Origin: a bacterium
Lineage (GTDB): Bacteria > Zhuqueibacterota > Zhuqueibacteria > Oceanimicrobiales > Oceanimicrobiaceae
DNA: 54,237 nucleotides
Assembly: GCA_046757165.1 (NCBI GenBank)
Contig: JBHHXT010000010.1
Coordinates: forward strand, 1-54,237
Reading direction: 5' to 3'
The position numbers and the translations under genes were made by a program. A model generated the notes under the pieces. That model had not been told where the DNA came from and searched no databases. It was given only the letters and a program-made list of their open reading frames with translations. Of the stretch, positions 37,335-47,726 are shown one piece after another. How positions within the stretch are numbered: position 1 is the first letter of the stretch; each line of letters opens with the position of its first letter.

Positions 37335-38267
37335 ATGCCGTTCATCTACTCAGCGAAATACTATGCCGATATCGGGTTGCATGTCTTCCCGGTGATCAAA
37401 TATCGTCTGATTTACGACCGGCTGACGGGCAGGGATGGTGGTGCTTCCACCGATGGCAGCGTGGTTTCCACACGAGACTTTCTTTCTCCCGAGCCGGCAT
37501 CTGAGAAGGAGCTGTTGCTCGTTCACACGCCGGAGTACCTGGATGACTTGCGAAATTGCCGGTGGACGGAGCGCACGGCCTATTCCGAGCTCCCCATCAC
37601 GCCGGAGATCGTGCACTTGTTCGAGCTGGCTTGTGGCGGGACGATTTTGGCCAGCCGGCAGGCCGTGCAGAAAGGGTGGGCCGTGCACCTGAGCGGCGGC
37701 TTCCACCACACTTTTGCGGACAAGGCTGAGGGCTTTTGCTATTTGAACGACCTGGCCGTGGCTGCCAGGGTCATGCAAAACGACAACGTGGTTGAAAAAG
37801 TTGCCGTCATCGACTGTGACCTGCATCAGGGCAACGGGACGGCGAAGATTTTTCATGGCGATGAAACCGTGTACACCTTCTCAATCCACCAGGGTGATCT
37901 CTATCCTGTAAAACAAGAAAGTGACTGGGACATTCATTTGCCGATGCACGTGGAAGATGAGGACTATCTGCGTCACTTGCATCATGCCATTCCAAGGATT
38001 CTCGACGACTTCAGGCCAGAATTGGTTCTCTACCAGGCCGGTGCTGATCCGTACAAGAATGACCAGTTAGGGAGTCTGGCGCTGACCATCGAGGGGCTGC
38101 AAGCGCGTGACCAGTTTATCTTTCGTGAGTGCAAGAAAAGAGCGCTCCCGGTGGCGGTGACGCTTGGTGGGGGCTATGCCTATAACACCAACGATACCGT
38201 GCAGATTCACCTCAATACTTGCAAAGCCGCGCTGGAGGTAGTTGGACGGTTGCGTAATTCTGGTTAG
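37335..38267 (+). CDS. Histone deacetylase family protein
   Basis: HVFP..KY, GGFHH...GFCYLND, DCDLHQGNGT, YQAGAD, LGGGY. Confidence 0.95.
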   Translation: MPFIYSAKYYADIGLHVFPVIKYRLIYDRLTGRDGGASTDGSVVSTRDFLSPEPASEKELLLVHTPEYLDDLRNCRWTERTAYSELPITPEIVHLFELACGGTILASRQAVQKGWAVHLSGGFHHTFADKAEGFCYLNDLAVAARVMQNDNVVEKVAVIDCDLHQGNGTAKIFHGDETVYTFSIHQGDLYPVKQESDWDIHLPMHVEDEDYLRHLHHAIPRILDDFRPELVLYQAGADPYKNDQLGSLALTIEGLQARDQFIFRECKKRALPVAVTLGGGYAYNTNDTVQIHLNTCKAALEVVGRLRNSG

Positions 38268-38284
38268 CGCAACAAGCACTGAAA

Positions 38285-38791
38285 TTGGAAAACATCGAAA
38301 TAAAAGCAAAATACCCGGACCTCGAGCTCGGGAAACGCCTCGCCGAAGAAATCGGCGCCCGGTTCCAGGGTATGCTGCACCAGATCGACACCTATTTTAG
38401 TGTCCGGCAGGGCCGTCTGAAGCTGCGCGAAATCAATTCAGAGGAAAGCCAGCTCATCTATTACGAGCGGGCAGACAAGTCAGGGCTCAGAACCAGCATC
38501 TACCACATTTATCCTGTCCAGGAGGTGACGCTGCTCCGTTCGCTGCTCGGGGCCGCGCTTGGCATCAGCACAGTCGTCGAAAAGAAACGTGAGCTCTATG
38601 TGTTCGACGAAGTCAGAATTCATCTTGACCGGGTGGTCGGCCTGGGCAGTTTCCTGGAATTTGAAGGGCGTGTGATTGACGGTCGTGCCAGACCAGAGGT
38701 GCAGAAAAAGGTCGAGCGGCTTCTGACCCACTTTGGCATCCCCGCAACAAACCTCATCGCCGGCTCGTACGCTGATCTAATCGTTTCATAA
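38285..38791 (+). CDS. cyaB: CYTH-domain protein (class IV adenylate cyclase-like)
   Basis: NIEIKA, QIDTYF, GRLKLRE, RIHLDRV, FLEFE, SYADL. Confidence 0.9.
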   Translation: MENIEIKAKYPDLELGKRLAEEIGARFQGMLHQIDTYFSVRQGRLKLREINSEESQLIYYERADKSGLRTSIYHIYPVQEVTLLRSLLGAALGISTVVEKKRELYVFDEVRIHLDRVVGLGSFLEFEGRVIDGRARPEVQKKVERLLTHFGIPATNLIAGSYADLIVS

Positions 38792-39065
38792 ATCTGAATT
38801 GCTCTCTTGTGGCGGTCCTCATGCTTTGAGCTCGCGCAGAAAACGTTTGACATTTTTCAATATTTTTAATAAATTGTAACAACTATACTCAACAATTCTT
38901 GGTAGCACTTCACTACTCTAACCATTCAAAAGTTATAACGTCTGGAATTTGTTGTCGGGGGGTGCAAATCAGATCGAATCCTGGTGCAATTAATTGCACA
39001 TCTGCACCTTGGCGCAGACGTTACACCTTGCTGTAATTTAAGAAGTTACAGAAATGAAAGAAGTG

Positions 39066-39081
39066 TGGCACAGAAGTTGCT
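39066..39081 (+). promoter_or_regulatory. Sigma54 (-24/-12) promoter upstream of susC
   Basis: TGGCACAGAAGTTGCT, with GG-N10-GC spacing. Upstream palindrome GTGCAATTAATTGCAC at about 38984-38999 and an AT-rich intervening stretch. Confidence 0.7.
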
Positions 39082-39285
39082 TACCTCGCAATGTGGGATA
39101 AGTGTATTAAATACATAACTTTAGTTCATACCTGCACTCACCAGTCAACTTGAATGGGGAAAAGGAGGGTTAGCCTATGGAGCGCAAATAGAATAAGCCA
39201 TGTTTTCTTACGTACCACTTTGCTGGATCCGGTTTTCTGGAATCAGGGTTTTTATCGTTACTCACAAATTAGAGAGGATGTCGTA

Positions 39286-42279
39286 ATGAAAAGATTGAAG
39301 GTTCTTCTGTGGACACTACTCTTTAGTGTCTTGAGTCTCTCGCTCGTGTTTGGTCAGGCATTGCAGATCTCGGGTCGTGTCACCGAGTCTCTGACCGGCG
39401 ATGGGCTGCCTGGCGCCAACATCGCCGTCAAAGGAACCACGCTCGGAACCGCGACCGACGGCAACGGCAATTTCACTTTGTCCTTGCCAAACCTCCCACA
39501 AGCGACCCTTGTGGTCAGCTTCATCGGGTATATCACGGAGGAAATCGAGGTGACAGGCAGCGTGGACAATTTGGAAGTTGCTATGGAAGAAGATGTGTTG
39601 AAAGTGTCGGAAGTGGTTGTGACCGGTCTGGCTACTACAGTCAAGAAACGCAACCTGGCCAACTCCGTCGGCACGGTTTCTGCGAAGGAGCTGGTCCCGG
39701 CGCCCGCACAAACTCTGGAGCGTGCGCTCAACGGCAAGATGGCCGGCATCACGATCAGCCAGAACACCGGCGCTCCGGGCGGCGGGCTGAATGTGAACCT
39801 GCGGGGCATCTCAACCATCTTTGGCCGCACCCAGCCGCTTTATGTTGTTGACGGCTTGATTGTCAGCAACCAAGCAGTTCAGTCGGGCATCGATATCGTG
39901 ACTGAAGCCACTGGCGCCGGCAGTCCGAGACCTCAGGGTCAACCGACCAACCGCATTGCGGACCTCAATCCCAATGATATTGAAAGCATTGAAGTTCTCA
40001 AAGGCGCCAGCGCAGCGGCCATCTACGGCTCGAAAGCCTCTAATGGCGTGGTCATCATCACCACCAAAGGCGGCACTCCCGGAAAAACCAAAGTCGACGT
40101 GACTCAGCAGATTGGGTTCACCAGCATTCTAAACAAGGTCGGCGTTCGAAAGTTTACGGCTGAAACCGCGTTGGCGCAGTACGGGCAGCAAGGTCTGGAT
40201 ATTTTCAACGCCAATAACGGCCGGTTTATCGATCAGGAAGAGGTTTTGTACGGCGAAAACGGCATGCTGGCCGAAACGACCGTCGGCATACGCGGTGGCA
40301 ACGAAAGGACGCAGTTTTTTGTCAGCGGTCTTTTCCAGGATGAGGATGGCATTGTCGACCGCACGGGCTACCAGAAATACTCTGCTCGACTCAATGTCAA
40401 CCACCGGTTGAGTGACCGCGTCAAGATCAGCGTCTTCAGTCAAGTCGCGAGAACCGAGTCTGACCGTTCGATCACCGGAAATGACAACACCAACACCACG
40501 CTGGGTTTTTCTCTTGGGTTTACCCCGAGCTTCCTGAACCTGGAGCCCGATGAGAATGGCGTTTATCCCGTGCACCCGTTCAATCCATCGAACCCCGTAC
40601 AGACACGGGATCTGCTCACCAACAACGAGAAGGTGTTCAGGACCATTCTAAGCGCACGCACCAATTGGAGCATTGTCAAAACGCAATCCCAGCTTCTCGA
40701 CCTCAGTGTCGTTGGGGGTGTAGATTTCTTCCAGCTCAGGAGCTTTGTTTTTTCACCGAATGAGCTGCAATTCGAGATCAATAGCGACCTTCCGGGTGAG
40801 GCGGTCAACGGACAGACGGAAAGCACCTTTTCGAACCTCGGAATCAATTTGACGCACAGCTACACCACCGAAGGGAACATTATGTTCAGGACAACCGGTG
40901 GCGTTCAATTTGAAAACCGCAATGTCAATAATCTGCTCACCAACTCCAACGGACTGGTCGCGACACAGTCGAACGCAGACCAGGCGACCCAGATCGATGT
41001 CTTTCAGGACCGCACGAAAGGTCGCGAGCGTGGATTCTTCCTGCAGGAAGAGCTCGACCTCAATGAGAGAATCTTTCTGACGGCCGCCGTTCGTGGTGAC
41101 GCCAGCAGCTCTAACGGCGACCATGATAAGTACTATCTGTTCCCGAAATTCTCCAGTTCTCTTCGTTTGTCGCAATATGGGTTGTGGGACGGGCTGAGAG
41201 GCTTCTTTCCCGAATTCAAGTTCCGGGCAGCATACGGTGAGACCGGGAACCTGCCGCAGGCCGGCGCCAAATTCACCAACCTGGTGCCTGAGAACATCGG
41301 CGGAATTTCTGGACTGCGCCCGGCTGCCAAGCGAGGCGATCCGGACCTCAAACCAGAACGAACCAAGGAGTTCGAGGTCGGCTTTGATGCCACGATATTG
41401 AACGGCAATGGCGTTTTGGAACTCTCCTACTACCGCCAGAACATCGAGGATTTGATTCTGGAAGCCGACCAGCCCGGTTCAAGCGGGTTCACTACGCTTG
41501 AAACCAATGCCGGTGAGATGCGCACAACGGGTTGGGAGATATCCCTGGGGTTGACTCCCATTCGCGGCCGCAACTTGAATTGGACGACGCGATTCAATTT
41601 CTTCACAACCGAATCAGAGATCACCGAATTGAATGTGGATCCCTTTAATCTCGGTGGATTCGCGACCTTCCTGGGAACGATGCGGATTGAAAAAGGGTTG
41701 GCGCCGACAACCATCGTTGGCTCCGAAAGCTTTGACGAGAATGGCAAAGTCATCAAGCCTCTGGGCGACCAAAACCCGGATTTCAATCTCTCATGGAATA
41801 ACAACATCAACTTCGGCAACTTTGAGCTGAGCTTTCTGTGGGATTGGCAGCAGGGGAGTGAGATCGTCAACCTGGGCAAGTTGATCAATGACATCGGCGG
41901 CACCTCGCCGGACTTTGACGAGCAGGTGACGTTTACGCTGCCTGATGGGTCAACGGTAACCGACAAGGCGGGTATCGCCCGGCTAACAGTGCTCGGCACC
42001 ATCACCGCACCTTATATCGAGGATGGCAGTTACATCAAGTTGAGAGAGCTGGCCCTGTCCTACGCCGTTCCCAATTCAGTGGTGAGCGATCTTTTTGGTG
42101 GTCAGTTGTCCTATCTGCGGCTCGGTATCGCAGGACGTAATCTGATCATGATCGCCGATTACGATGGATATGACCCGGAAGTTAGCCAATTTGGCAACGT
42201 TGCCATTGGACGGAATATCGACACAACTCCCTTTCCATCGTCAAGACAATTCTATTTTAATGTAGCATTCGGATTCTAA
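39286..42279 (+). CDS. susC: SusC/RagA family TonB-linked outer-membrane protein
   Basis: Signal peptide, CarboxypepD-reg N-domain, PLYVVDG, LNPNDIESIEVLKGASAAAIYGSKASNGVVIITTK, IEDGSYIKLRE, terminal Phe. Confidence 0.96.
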   Translation: MKRLKVLLWTLLFSVLSLSLVFGQALQISGRVTESLTGDGLPGANIAVKGTTLGTATDGNGNFTLSLPNLPQATLVVSFIGYITEEIEVTGSVDNLEVAMEEDVLKVSEVVVTGLATTVKKRNLANSVGTVSAKELVPAPAQTLERALNGKMAGITISQNTGAPGGGLNVNLRGISTIFGRTQPLYVVDGLIVSNQAVQSGIDIVTEATGAGSPRPQGQPTNRIADLNPNDIESIEVLKGASAAAIYGSKASNGVVIITTKGGTPGKTKVDVTQQIGFTSILNKVGVRKFTAETALAQYGQQGLDIFNANNGRFIDQEEVLYGENGMLAETTVGIRGGNERTQFFVSGLFQDEDGIVDRTGYQKYSARLNVNHRLSDRVKISVFSQVARTESDRSITGNDNTNTTLGFSLGFTPSFLNLEPDENGVYPVHPFNPSNPVQTRDLLTNNEKVFRTILSARTNWSIVKTQSQLLDLSVVGGVDFFQLRSFVFSPNELQFEINSDLPGEAVNGQTESTFSNLGINLTHSYTTEGNIMFRTTGGVQFENRNVNNLLTNSNGLVATQSNADQATQIDVFQDRTKGRERGFFLQEELDLNERIFLTAAVRGDASSSNGDHDKYYLFPKFSSSLRLSQYGLWDGLRGFFPEFKFRAAYGETGNLPQAGAKFTNLVPENIGGISGLRPAAKRGDPDLKPERTKEFEVGFDATILNGNGVLELSYYRQNIEDLILEADQPGSSGFTTLETNAGEMRTTGWEISLGLTPIRGRNLNWTTRFNFFTTESEITELNVDPFNLGGFATFLGTMRIEKGLAPTTIVGSESFDENGKVIKPLGDQNPDFNLSWNNNINFGNFELSFLWDWQQGSEIVNLGKLINDIGGTSPDFDEQVTFTLPDGSTVTDKAGIARLTVLGTITAPYIEDGSYIKLRELALSYAVPNSVVSDLFGGQLSYLRLGIAGRNLIMIADYDGYDPEVSQFGNVAIGRNIDTTPFPSSRQFYFNVAFGF

Positions 42280-42298
42280 CAAGGGAGGACATGCAATA

Positions 42299-43615
42299 AT
42301 GAAAAGAGAATATAGATCAGGCAAAACAAACATAGTCAAGATGTTGACTGTGTTTACAATGCTGGTTTTCATACTGGCATTCCTCGGGTGTGAGACTTTG
42401 GATTTTTCCAACCCGAACTCACCGGATATTGACAGCGCGACCTTGCAGACTCTTGTGACCGGCGCTGAAGGGTTCATGCGGGCCGACCTCGATGTTTATC
42501 TGCAAGTGACAATCACCATCGGCCGTGAAGGGTACTTCTTTGAAGGCGCCGACCCGCGTTTCACGGGTGAATTGCTTTTTGGCCCTATCGACCCGGGCGG
42601 CTTCCTGACCAACCGTCCCTGGAGTTCGAGATACCAGGTGGTATTTAACTGTAATGAACTCCTGAAAAGGGCGGCCAATCTCAGCGGCGCTGATGCCGCC
42701 GGCGTGCAAGGGTTCGCCAAGACGATTCGGGCGTACCAATTGTTGCTCAACCTCAACTATCTTGATGACCAGGGCATCCGGTTGAATTTTGACGGAGATC
42801 TAAAGAAGCCATTCGCCACCAAAGAGGAGGCATTTGAGTTTATCGCAAATGACCTCGATGAAGCCCTGACCGCGCTTGGCAGTGCGGGAGGTTCGTTTCC
42901 TTTCGTCTTGTCAGGAGGCTTTGCCGGCTTTGACACGCCGTCGACATTTGCACAATTCAACCGCGCCATCGCAGCCCGCGTGGCTGTCTACCGCGGCCGG
43001 TTCAATGATGCCTTGACCGCTCTGGGACAGTCCTTTCTGGATGCAGGCGGCGATTTGAGCACCGGCGTGTACCATGCTTACAGCACCGCCGCCAATGACC
43101 AGTTGAATCCCGTCTTTGAAATTCCGACCGCGCCCGGTCTGAAGCTTCATGCCCACATGAGCTTTGAGGCAGACGCCGAAGCTGGCGACCTGCGGTTCGC
43201 CAACAAGACCTTCAAACGTGCTGCCATGGACGTTTTGGATGAGCTCGAGTCAGACCTGGCCATCACGACCACGAGCAGCTCAACCGACGGGTTTCCAATC
43301 ATCAGAAACGAAGAGTTGATTCTTCTGCGGGCTGAAGCAAATGTTGGGCTTGGAAACTTTAGCGCTGCTGAGGCGGACATGAATATCGTGCGCGCGGCGG
43401 CTGGCCTGGCGCCCTATTCCGGCACCGATGCCAGCAACGGCCTCGATCGTCTGCTGCACGAGAAACGCTACTCGCTATTCGCGGAAGGCCACAGATGGAT
43501 TGACATGCGGCGGTACGGCAAGCTGGGCGAGCTGCCGATCGACCGGCCCAATCGTGGCGATATTGTGATTCCAAAGATGGCGATACCTGAAACTGAGCGC
43601 AGCGAGTCAGGTTAA
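42299..43615 (+). CDS. susD: RagB/SusD family nutrient-uptake lipoprotein
   Basis: Lipobox FLGC, IRNEELILLRAEA, EKRYSLFAEGHRWIDMRR. Directly follows susC. Confidence 0.95.
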   Translation: MKREYRSGKTNIVKMLTVFTMLVFILAFLGCETLDFSNPNSPDIDSATLQTLVTGAEGFMRADLDVYLQVTITIGREGYFFEGADPRFTGELLFGPIDPGGFLTNRPWSSRYQVVFNCNELLKRAANLSGADAAGVQGFAKTIRAYQLLLNLNYLDDQGIRLNFDGDLKKPFATKEEAFEFIANDLDEALTALGSAGGSFPFVLSGGFAGFDTPSTFAQFNRAIAARVAVYRGRFNDALTALGQSFLDAGGDLSTGVYHAYSTAANDQLNPVFEIPTAPGLKLHAHMSFEADAEAGDLRFANKTFKRAAMDVLDELESDLAITTTSSSTDGFPIIRNEELILLRAEANVGLGNFSAAEADMNIVRAAAGLAPYSGTDASNGLDRLLHEKRYSLFAEGHRWIDMRRYGKLGELPIDRPNRGDIVIPKMAIPETERSESG

Positions 43616-43633
43616 TCCTTGAGAGTGACGACT

Positions 43634-43683
43634 AAACAAATGCCCATCCAGAACATCTGCTCTGAGATGGGCATTTTGTTTTT
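43634..43683 (+). terminator. Intrinsic terminator after susD
   Basis: AAATGCCCATC...GATGGGCATTT stem followed by TGTTTTT. Confidence 0.7.
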
Positions 43684-43697
43684 GCCCCGCAACTGAA

Positions 43698-44984
43698 ATG
43701 GATGAAAGCATGAAGACGCACCAAAAGAAGAGAAAGATTTCCCGTCGCTCATTTCTAAAATCTGGCGCCGCCCTGACGAGCGTCGGTGTATTTGAAACGG
43801 GCGTGATTCTCGAGCGTCTTGCGGCAGCCCCGCTCGTTGAACCGGAAAGAAGAGCCAACCAACCCCATGTGGCGGTGGTTGGGGCCGGCGCCTTTGGTGG
43901 CTGGACGGCCCTTTATCTCTTGCGGCTCGGCGCCAGGGTGACGCTTCTGGACGCCTGGGGTGCCGGAAATTCAAGATCGAGCTCAGGGGGTGAAACGCGC
44001 GTGATCCGGGCCATCTATGGACCGGATGAGATCTACGTGAAGCTGGTGGCGCGCGCGGTTCAGCTTTGGCGAGAAAACGAAAAAAGGTGGAATCGTACGC
44101 TCTATCGGCGTACAGGCGCGCTCTGGATGTTTCAGCACGATGACAGCTTTGTCACAGCATCCCGGCCGTTTTTGACCAAAGAGGGCTTCAAACTGGAGGA
44201 TCTCTCCGGCCAGGAGGCCCACAAACGCTTTGCTCAGGTAAACTTTGATGGCGTGAAACGGGTCTTATATGAAAAAGAAGCGGGATACCTGACGGCGCGA
44301 CATGCGTGCAATGTGGTGAGACAGGGGTTTCTCGAAGAAGGAGGGGAATATCGTCAGCTTGCGGTCAGACCCGGCGCCATGACCGGAGGTGAGCTGCAGA
44401 ACATCCAACTTTCGGATGGCTCGACATTTTCTGCTGACCACTACGTTTTTGCCTGCGGGGCGTGGCTGGCTAAAGTGTTCCCCAAACTTCTCGGGCACAT
44501 CATCAAACCCACTCGCCAGACCGTTCTTTATTTTGGCACGCCGGCCGGTGACCGTCGGTTCGTCGAAGACGACCTGCCTGTTTGGGTCGACTTGGGCCAG
44601 CGCATCTTCTACGGCATCCCCGGGGATGGCAGACGAGGGTTCAAAATAGCCGATGATACGCGCGGTGAGCCGATCGACCCAACCCTAGATGATAGAAAAC
44701 CTTCGCACGAAGGGTTTGAAACAGCACGTAGTTATATCGAGTTTCGTTTTCCGGACTTGAAGGGGGCGCCATTGCTCGAGGCACGGGCCTGCGTCTATGA
44801 AAACGCGCCCGACCATCATTTCATTCTTGACCATCATCCGGAGGCCCACAATCTGTGGCTGATCGGAGGGGGGTCTGGCCATGGCTTCAAGCACGGCCCC
44901 GCTGTTGGAGAAATGGTGGCTGAGATGGTACTCGGTCAAAAGTCGCCAGAACCGTTCTTTTCATTGTCCAGGTTTGCGCCGTAG
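43698..44984 (+). CDS. FAD-dependent oxidoreductase, monomeric sarcosine oxidase / fructosyl-amine oxidase-like, with Tat signal
   Basis: SRRSFLK twin-arginine motif, VVGAGAFG, SSSGGETRVIR, ACVYE (flavinylation Cys position), SGHGFKHGP. Confidence 0.9.
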   Translation: MDESMKTHQKKRKISRRSFLKSGAALTSVGVFETGVILERLAAAPLVEPERRANQPHVAVVGAGAFGGWTALYLLRLGARVTLLDAWGAGNSRSSSGGETRVIRAIYGPDEIYVKLVARAVQLWRENEKRWNRTLYRRTGALWMFQHDDSFVTASRPFLTKEGFKLEDLSGQEAHKRFAQVNFDGVKRVLYEKEAGYLTARHACNVVRQGFLEEGGEYRQLAVRPGAMTGGELQNIQLSDGSTFSADHYVFACGAWLAKVFPKLLGHIIKPTRQTVLYFGTPAGDRRFVEDDLPVWVDLGQRIFYGIPGDGRRGFKIADDTRGEPIDPTLDDRKPSHEGFETARSYIEFRFPDLKGAPLLEARACVYENAPDHHFILDHHPEAHNLWLIGGGSGHGFKHGPAVGEMVAEMVLGQKSPEPFFSLSRFAP

Positions 44985-45192
44985 CGCCATTGCAAAAATA
45001 GGATGATGGGTCGCCCTACTCCCTTGTGGGGTATCGTCGGAGAAGCGACCCACAAGGGGTCGGGGCTACGATTCATAGCTAGCCAGGTTCAGTGTTCACT
45101 CATTCGTGCCAATTCGTGTTCATTGGTGGCCAATCAGGTCGCCAGGCAACTCCGATTCTATGTTAGGTTCAATGTTCACCGCGATCACAAAA

Positions 45193-47097
45193 ATGAAGAC
45201 GTTCTTTATCGTGGTCAGTCTGTTTTCGGCCCACCTCGCCACCGCCTTCCCGCCACAGGATTCAGACGACTCATATCAGCGTGGCACCGATTTGAAGAAT
45301 GCCGGGGATTGGCAAGGTGCGCTCGCAGTCTGGCTGACAGCGAAGGACTCCCTGGCGCGCCTGAACATTTCCGAGGCCAGAATTGCATTTGCGTTTGTAG
45401 AGCTGGTTGCTGAGAAGGAGGCGGTTCGGAATTATGAGCAGGCCACGGAGATGTATTATTGGGGGGTCGCCAATCCGGATTTGTCAAAGCAAGCGGTAGA
45501 AATCAGGCGCGAGATCGACAGGCTTGCGCCCATCGCCGGTGAGCAGCGGGTGAAAATTTGGGTCGAGTTACTGAAGAAGAAAGACCGGCGGCTCTTGCGT
45601 GAGCTCAAGGCGTTCTGGGTGCGAAGGGATCCGATCCCGACAACCAAAACCAACGAGCGTCTTTTGGAACACTGGCGCCGCATTGCCCACGCCCGCTCCA
45701 AATTTCGTCAGGACGACAACACCGTCTACGGCACGGACGACCGCGGGCTGGTGTTTGTCAAATATGGGGCGCCGGACGCGGCCTATGTCGGCACGCTGGG
45801 GCTCAGCCAGGACGAGATCATGCGCTGGATTGACGACTTTCTCCTCCGGCAGGAGATTCTGCGCTTTGACAGCCGGCCCGAGTACGAGATCTGGGTCTAT
45901 TCCCTCTTGCCTGAAGAGAGCTCGACGGTCTTCTTGTTTGGCAAAAAGCGAGGATTTGGCAAGTACGGGCTGAGATATGGCATCGAGGAGTTTTTGTCCG
46001 ATCGCGCCTTTAGCAGAAGCAGCACGCGGATGACGCGGGGCTTGCTGCCCGGCACTCTGCTGCAATTAGTGTACTATCGTGAACTCATGGGCGTTCGCGA
46101 CTTTTACCGGAATCGGTATCGCGAATTGGAAGCGAAGTGGATCAGTGCGCGCAGCGCAGGCGAGATCAGTCCGAACCATGACGTCTTGAAGGGATTGGTC
46201 AGCCATTACAAGAATCTCGACCAAAAAGTGGTTCGGTTTGAAAACTTGCCGCCTGACAGGAGCAACGCATTTGAAGCCCTGGAGCAATTGTACCTCAATT
46301 TCAAGACCTTCCGCTACCTGGACAGTGAAAACCGTCCCCGCCTGGCTATTATCGCTGTTTCCGCCAATCAGACATTCGACCCCAATTTTGTCGTACCCTT
46401 TTTCAAGAGGGCTGTAAAGACGAAGTATAAGCACCGCCACATCCTGATCAAATATGACGAAGACTGGGACATCCTGGAGCGCGAGATCGTGTACCCGGAC
46501 GTCCATAACACCAACACCTCTGCTTTTAACCTGTTGCACACCGGCGAGCACCAGTACAGCCTGGTGGCGGAAAAAGTCATCCTGGAGGTCAGAAAGGCAG
46601 AGCTCGAGCTGGCGGATCTACCGGATACAGCGAGGGTTATCGGCGTGCAATCGGCGTTTCTGGACCCCCTCCCTCCGCTGGCGGCGGAGGAGACCTCGTT
46701 TGAAGTGAGCGACCTCATCGTTGGCAAAGAGACGCCGCCGGAGCTCACCCGGGAACTCTCCTATCCGTTTCCAGTCATCACCACAGACCCGGTGAAATCA
46801 AAAGTCATCAAAATCTATGTGCGATTCTATGACCTGCAAGTACAGACTAACCGGAACGCTTCCTGTCGCGTCCAGTGCGAACTGAAGGCGATCAAGAAAC
46901 GTGGCAAGATCGACAAGAAGAAGGAGCGGCTGAAACGAACATTCGACTTCGAATCATCTGTCAGGAACACGGCCAAAATATTTGACCTCGATATCTCGAA
47001 ATTGAAGCCGGGACTCTATGAGCTGACAGCCAGAATCAAGGATCAGCACGCCCGGCAGGAGAGAATCCGCAAGAGTATCTTTCGAATTGCCGGTTAG
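45193..47097 (+). CDS. GWxTD-domain-like secreted protein
   Basis: Signal peptide, TPR-like N-terminus, FWVRRDPIPTT..NERLLEHWRRIAHA...DDRGLVFVKYGAPD, EIWVY, Ig-like C-terminus. Confidence 0.82.
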   Translation: MKTFFIVVSLFSAHLATAFPPQDSDDSYQRGTDLKNAGDWQGALAVWLTAKDSLARLNISEARIAFAFVELVAEKEAVRNYEQATEMYYWGVANPDLSKQAVEIRREIDRLAPIAGEQRVKIWVELLKKKDRRLLRELKAFWVRRDPIPTTKTNERLLEHWRRIAHARSKFRQDDNTVYGTDDRGLVFVKYGAPDAAYVGTLGLSQDEIMRWIDDFLLRQEILRFDSRPEYEIWVYSLLPEESSTVFLFGKKRGFGKYGLRYGIEEFLSDRAFSRSSTRMTRGLLPGTLLQLVYYRELMGVRDFYRNRYRELEAKWISARSAGEISPNHDVLKGLVSHYKNLDQKVVRFENLPPDRSNAFEALEQLYLNFKTFRYLDSENRPRLAIIAVSANQTFDPNFVVPFFKRAVKTKYKHRHILIKYDEDWDILEREIVYPDVHNTNTSAFNLLHTGEHQYSLVAEKVILEVRKAELELADLPDTARVIGVQSAFLDPLPPLAAEETSFEVSDLIVGKETPPELTRELSYPFPVITTDPVKSKVIKIYVRFYDLQVQTNRNASCRVQCELKAIKKRGKIDKKKERLKRTFDFESSVRNTAKIFDLDISKLKPGLYELTARIKDQHARQERIRKSIFRIAG

Positions 47098-47196
47098 ACA
47101 GCCCCGCCTGTTGCAATTCCGTCACATTCTAATCTTTTTCTTAATACTTTCCGATGAGACACTCAATGTCGGTTAGATACGTTGGAGAGTATTGCT

Positions 47197-47679
47197 ATGG
47201 ATGGTCCCTCCCACATCCGCAAACGCCCACTACTGGGACTGGTGCTCGCTTGTTCCTTCTTGTTCCCCTCTCGGGTCGCCGTGTCACAACACCTTCGCCC
47301 GGACAACAACAAAGCGCGCGTTGAGGCGCCCCAAAAGCCAAAACTCGAGCCGTCTGATAGAGCCGCCGAAAAACCGGACTGGTTCTACACGGCTCTCGAA
47401 GCCAACTACCTCTTGCTCAACGCGACGGATTTGGTGACAACATTCTATGGTCTGGAGCGTGGCGCCCGGGAAGCCAACCCGCTCGTGCGGGGATTCGTTC
47501 GCAAGCGACCGGTGATCGTGCTGGTCAAAGGTGGGCTGACTCTTGCCACTCTTTGGTCCTTTCGAGAGGTGCGCAAGGAGAATCGCAAGGCGGCCGTCAT
47601 CGCGCTCGGGGTTCTGAATGCATTCTACGCCCTTGTGGTCACCAATAATATTCAGGTGGTTGTGCGGTTGGGTCGTTGA
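47197..47679 (+). CDS. Membrane protein, DUF5658-like
   Basis: LNATDLVTT.YGL..GAREANPL...K motif with TM helices ending in VTNN. Confidence 0.7.
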   Translation: MDGPSHIRKRPLLGLVLACSFLFPSRVAVSQHLRPDNNKARVEAPQKPKLEPSDRAAEKPDWFYTALEANYLLLNATDLVTTFYGLERGAREANPLVRGFVRKRPVIVLVKGGLTLATLWSFREVRKENRKAAVIALGVLNAFYALVVTNNIQVVVRLGR

Positions 47680-47726
47680 ATATTTGGCTAGTCCAATCAA
47701 CTACATTCAACTACTCACAGCGACCC

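Noticed and set aside
38285..38791. CYTH cyclase as part of a cyclic-nucleotide defence system
   Set aside because: It is an ordinary CyaB-like protein with no adjacent effector gene.
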